Source: Rotaria socialis
Lineage: Eukaryota
Reading direction: 5' to 3'
NCBI GenBank assembly: GCA_905331295.1
Contig: CAJNYD010000029.1
Span: forward strand, 1-48,204
DNA: 48,204 nucleotides
Position numbers and translations under genes: made by a program. Below the pieces are notes generated by a model that was not told the DNA's origin, did no database searches, and saw nothing but the letters and a program-made list of their open reading frames with translations. Positions 47,733-48,204 of this stretch are shown piece after piece (position 1 is the first letter of the stretch; each line of letters starts with the position of its first letter).

Positions 47733-47903
47733 CCTGACGTTCAACACGGCGGCCAGTTTGTACTCTGTCTCATATCAGGGGGTTTATGGATACCATGTTG
47801 GATAGGAGCTTGTTGTGGATGCTGTAAATATAGTTTGAAGCTCATAATGACACTGAAACAATGTTTTCTTGATATTATTTTAGGTTGCAGACGACCTTGT
47901 TAG
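47733..47903 (+). CDS. 3' part of the small Cys-tailed membrane protein
   Basis: PDVQHGGQFVLCLISGGLWIPCWIGACCGC, a 60-nt GT-AG intron (47824-47883), then CCRRPC*. Confidence 0.72.
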   Translation, partial: PDVQHGGQFVLCLISGGLWIPCWIGACCGCCKYSLKLIMTLKQCFLDIILGCRRPC

Positions 47904-48204
47904 TTCAAATGGCATATTTTCATTGACGACTAGCTTTTCAATTTTTATCGCCGACAAAATCATTCTTTTGATCCATATAATCAATTTTGCTCGTCAAGAA
48001 CTCACGTTTTTTTTGTATCATAATTCACTACTTTTCTTCATCGTAGTATAAGAACAACTGCAAGTGCTATCTACAGATTTCACGAAAGTGGCGGGGGAGG
48101 GGGGGGGGTATTTTCTCTTTATAATAATGCTAATAAAAACAAAAAATTGTGCCATTACAGATATAATCGAAAAAAATCCTTTGGATATCAGTAAATAAAT
48201 CTGG

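Noticed and set aside
1..48204. Prokaryotic or phage origin of the window, suggested by the ART, lysozyme and C39-like genes
   Set aside because: Spliceosomal introns, NPL4/WIPI/F-box genes and eukaryotic MITEs are interleaved with these genes. No rRNA, tRNA or CRISPR array was recognised.

Overview
AT-rich eukaryotic DNA with short GT-AG introns. The gene content and the (TGTGGG)n-type repeats point to a bdelloid rotifer, probably a subtelomeric region (inference; no search was run). The window is a mosaic. Intact-looking genes: a two-exon ADP-ribosyltransferase-TPR gene, two F-box/LRR-like genes, an AIG1/GIMAP-like GTPase ending in CaaX, and a three-exon papain-fold (C39-like) peptidase candidate. 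Damaged or truncated copies: a 5'-incomplete ART-TPR gene plus a duplicate of its 3' end, further F-box genes, an ABCC4-like relic, a TTK-like kinase, a T4-type lysozyme, NPL4 and WIPI/ATG18. There are several MITEs and a remnant of an Athena/Terminon-like retroelement with two degenerate hammerhead ribozymes. The most striking unexplained structure is about 18 short telomere-like tracts. Many are inward-facing pairs (GGGTGT..spacer..ACACCC) with a shared T(G)AGGGTGTGG outer end. They sit at truncation and duplication junctions. One is inserted into NPL4 between 5-bp direct repeats and has a near-identical second copy, and another is flipped between two gene duplicates. All coordinates and alignments were read by eye.
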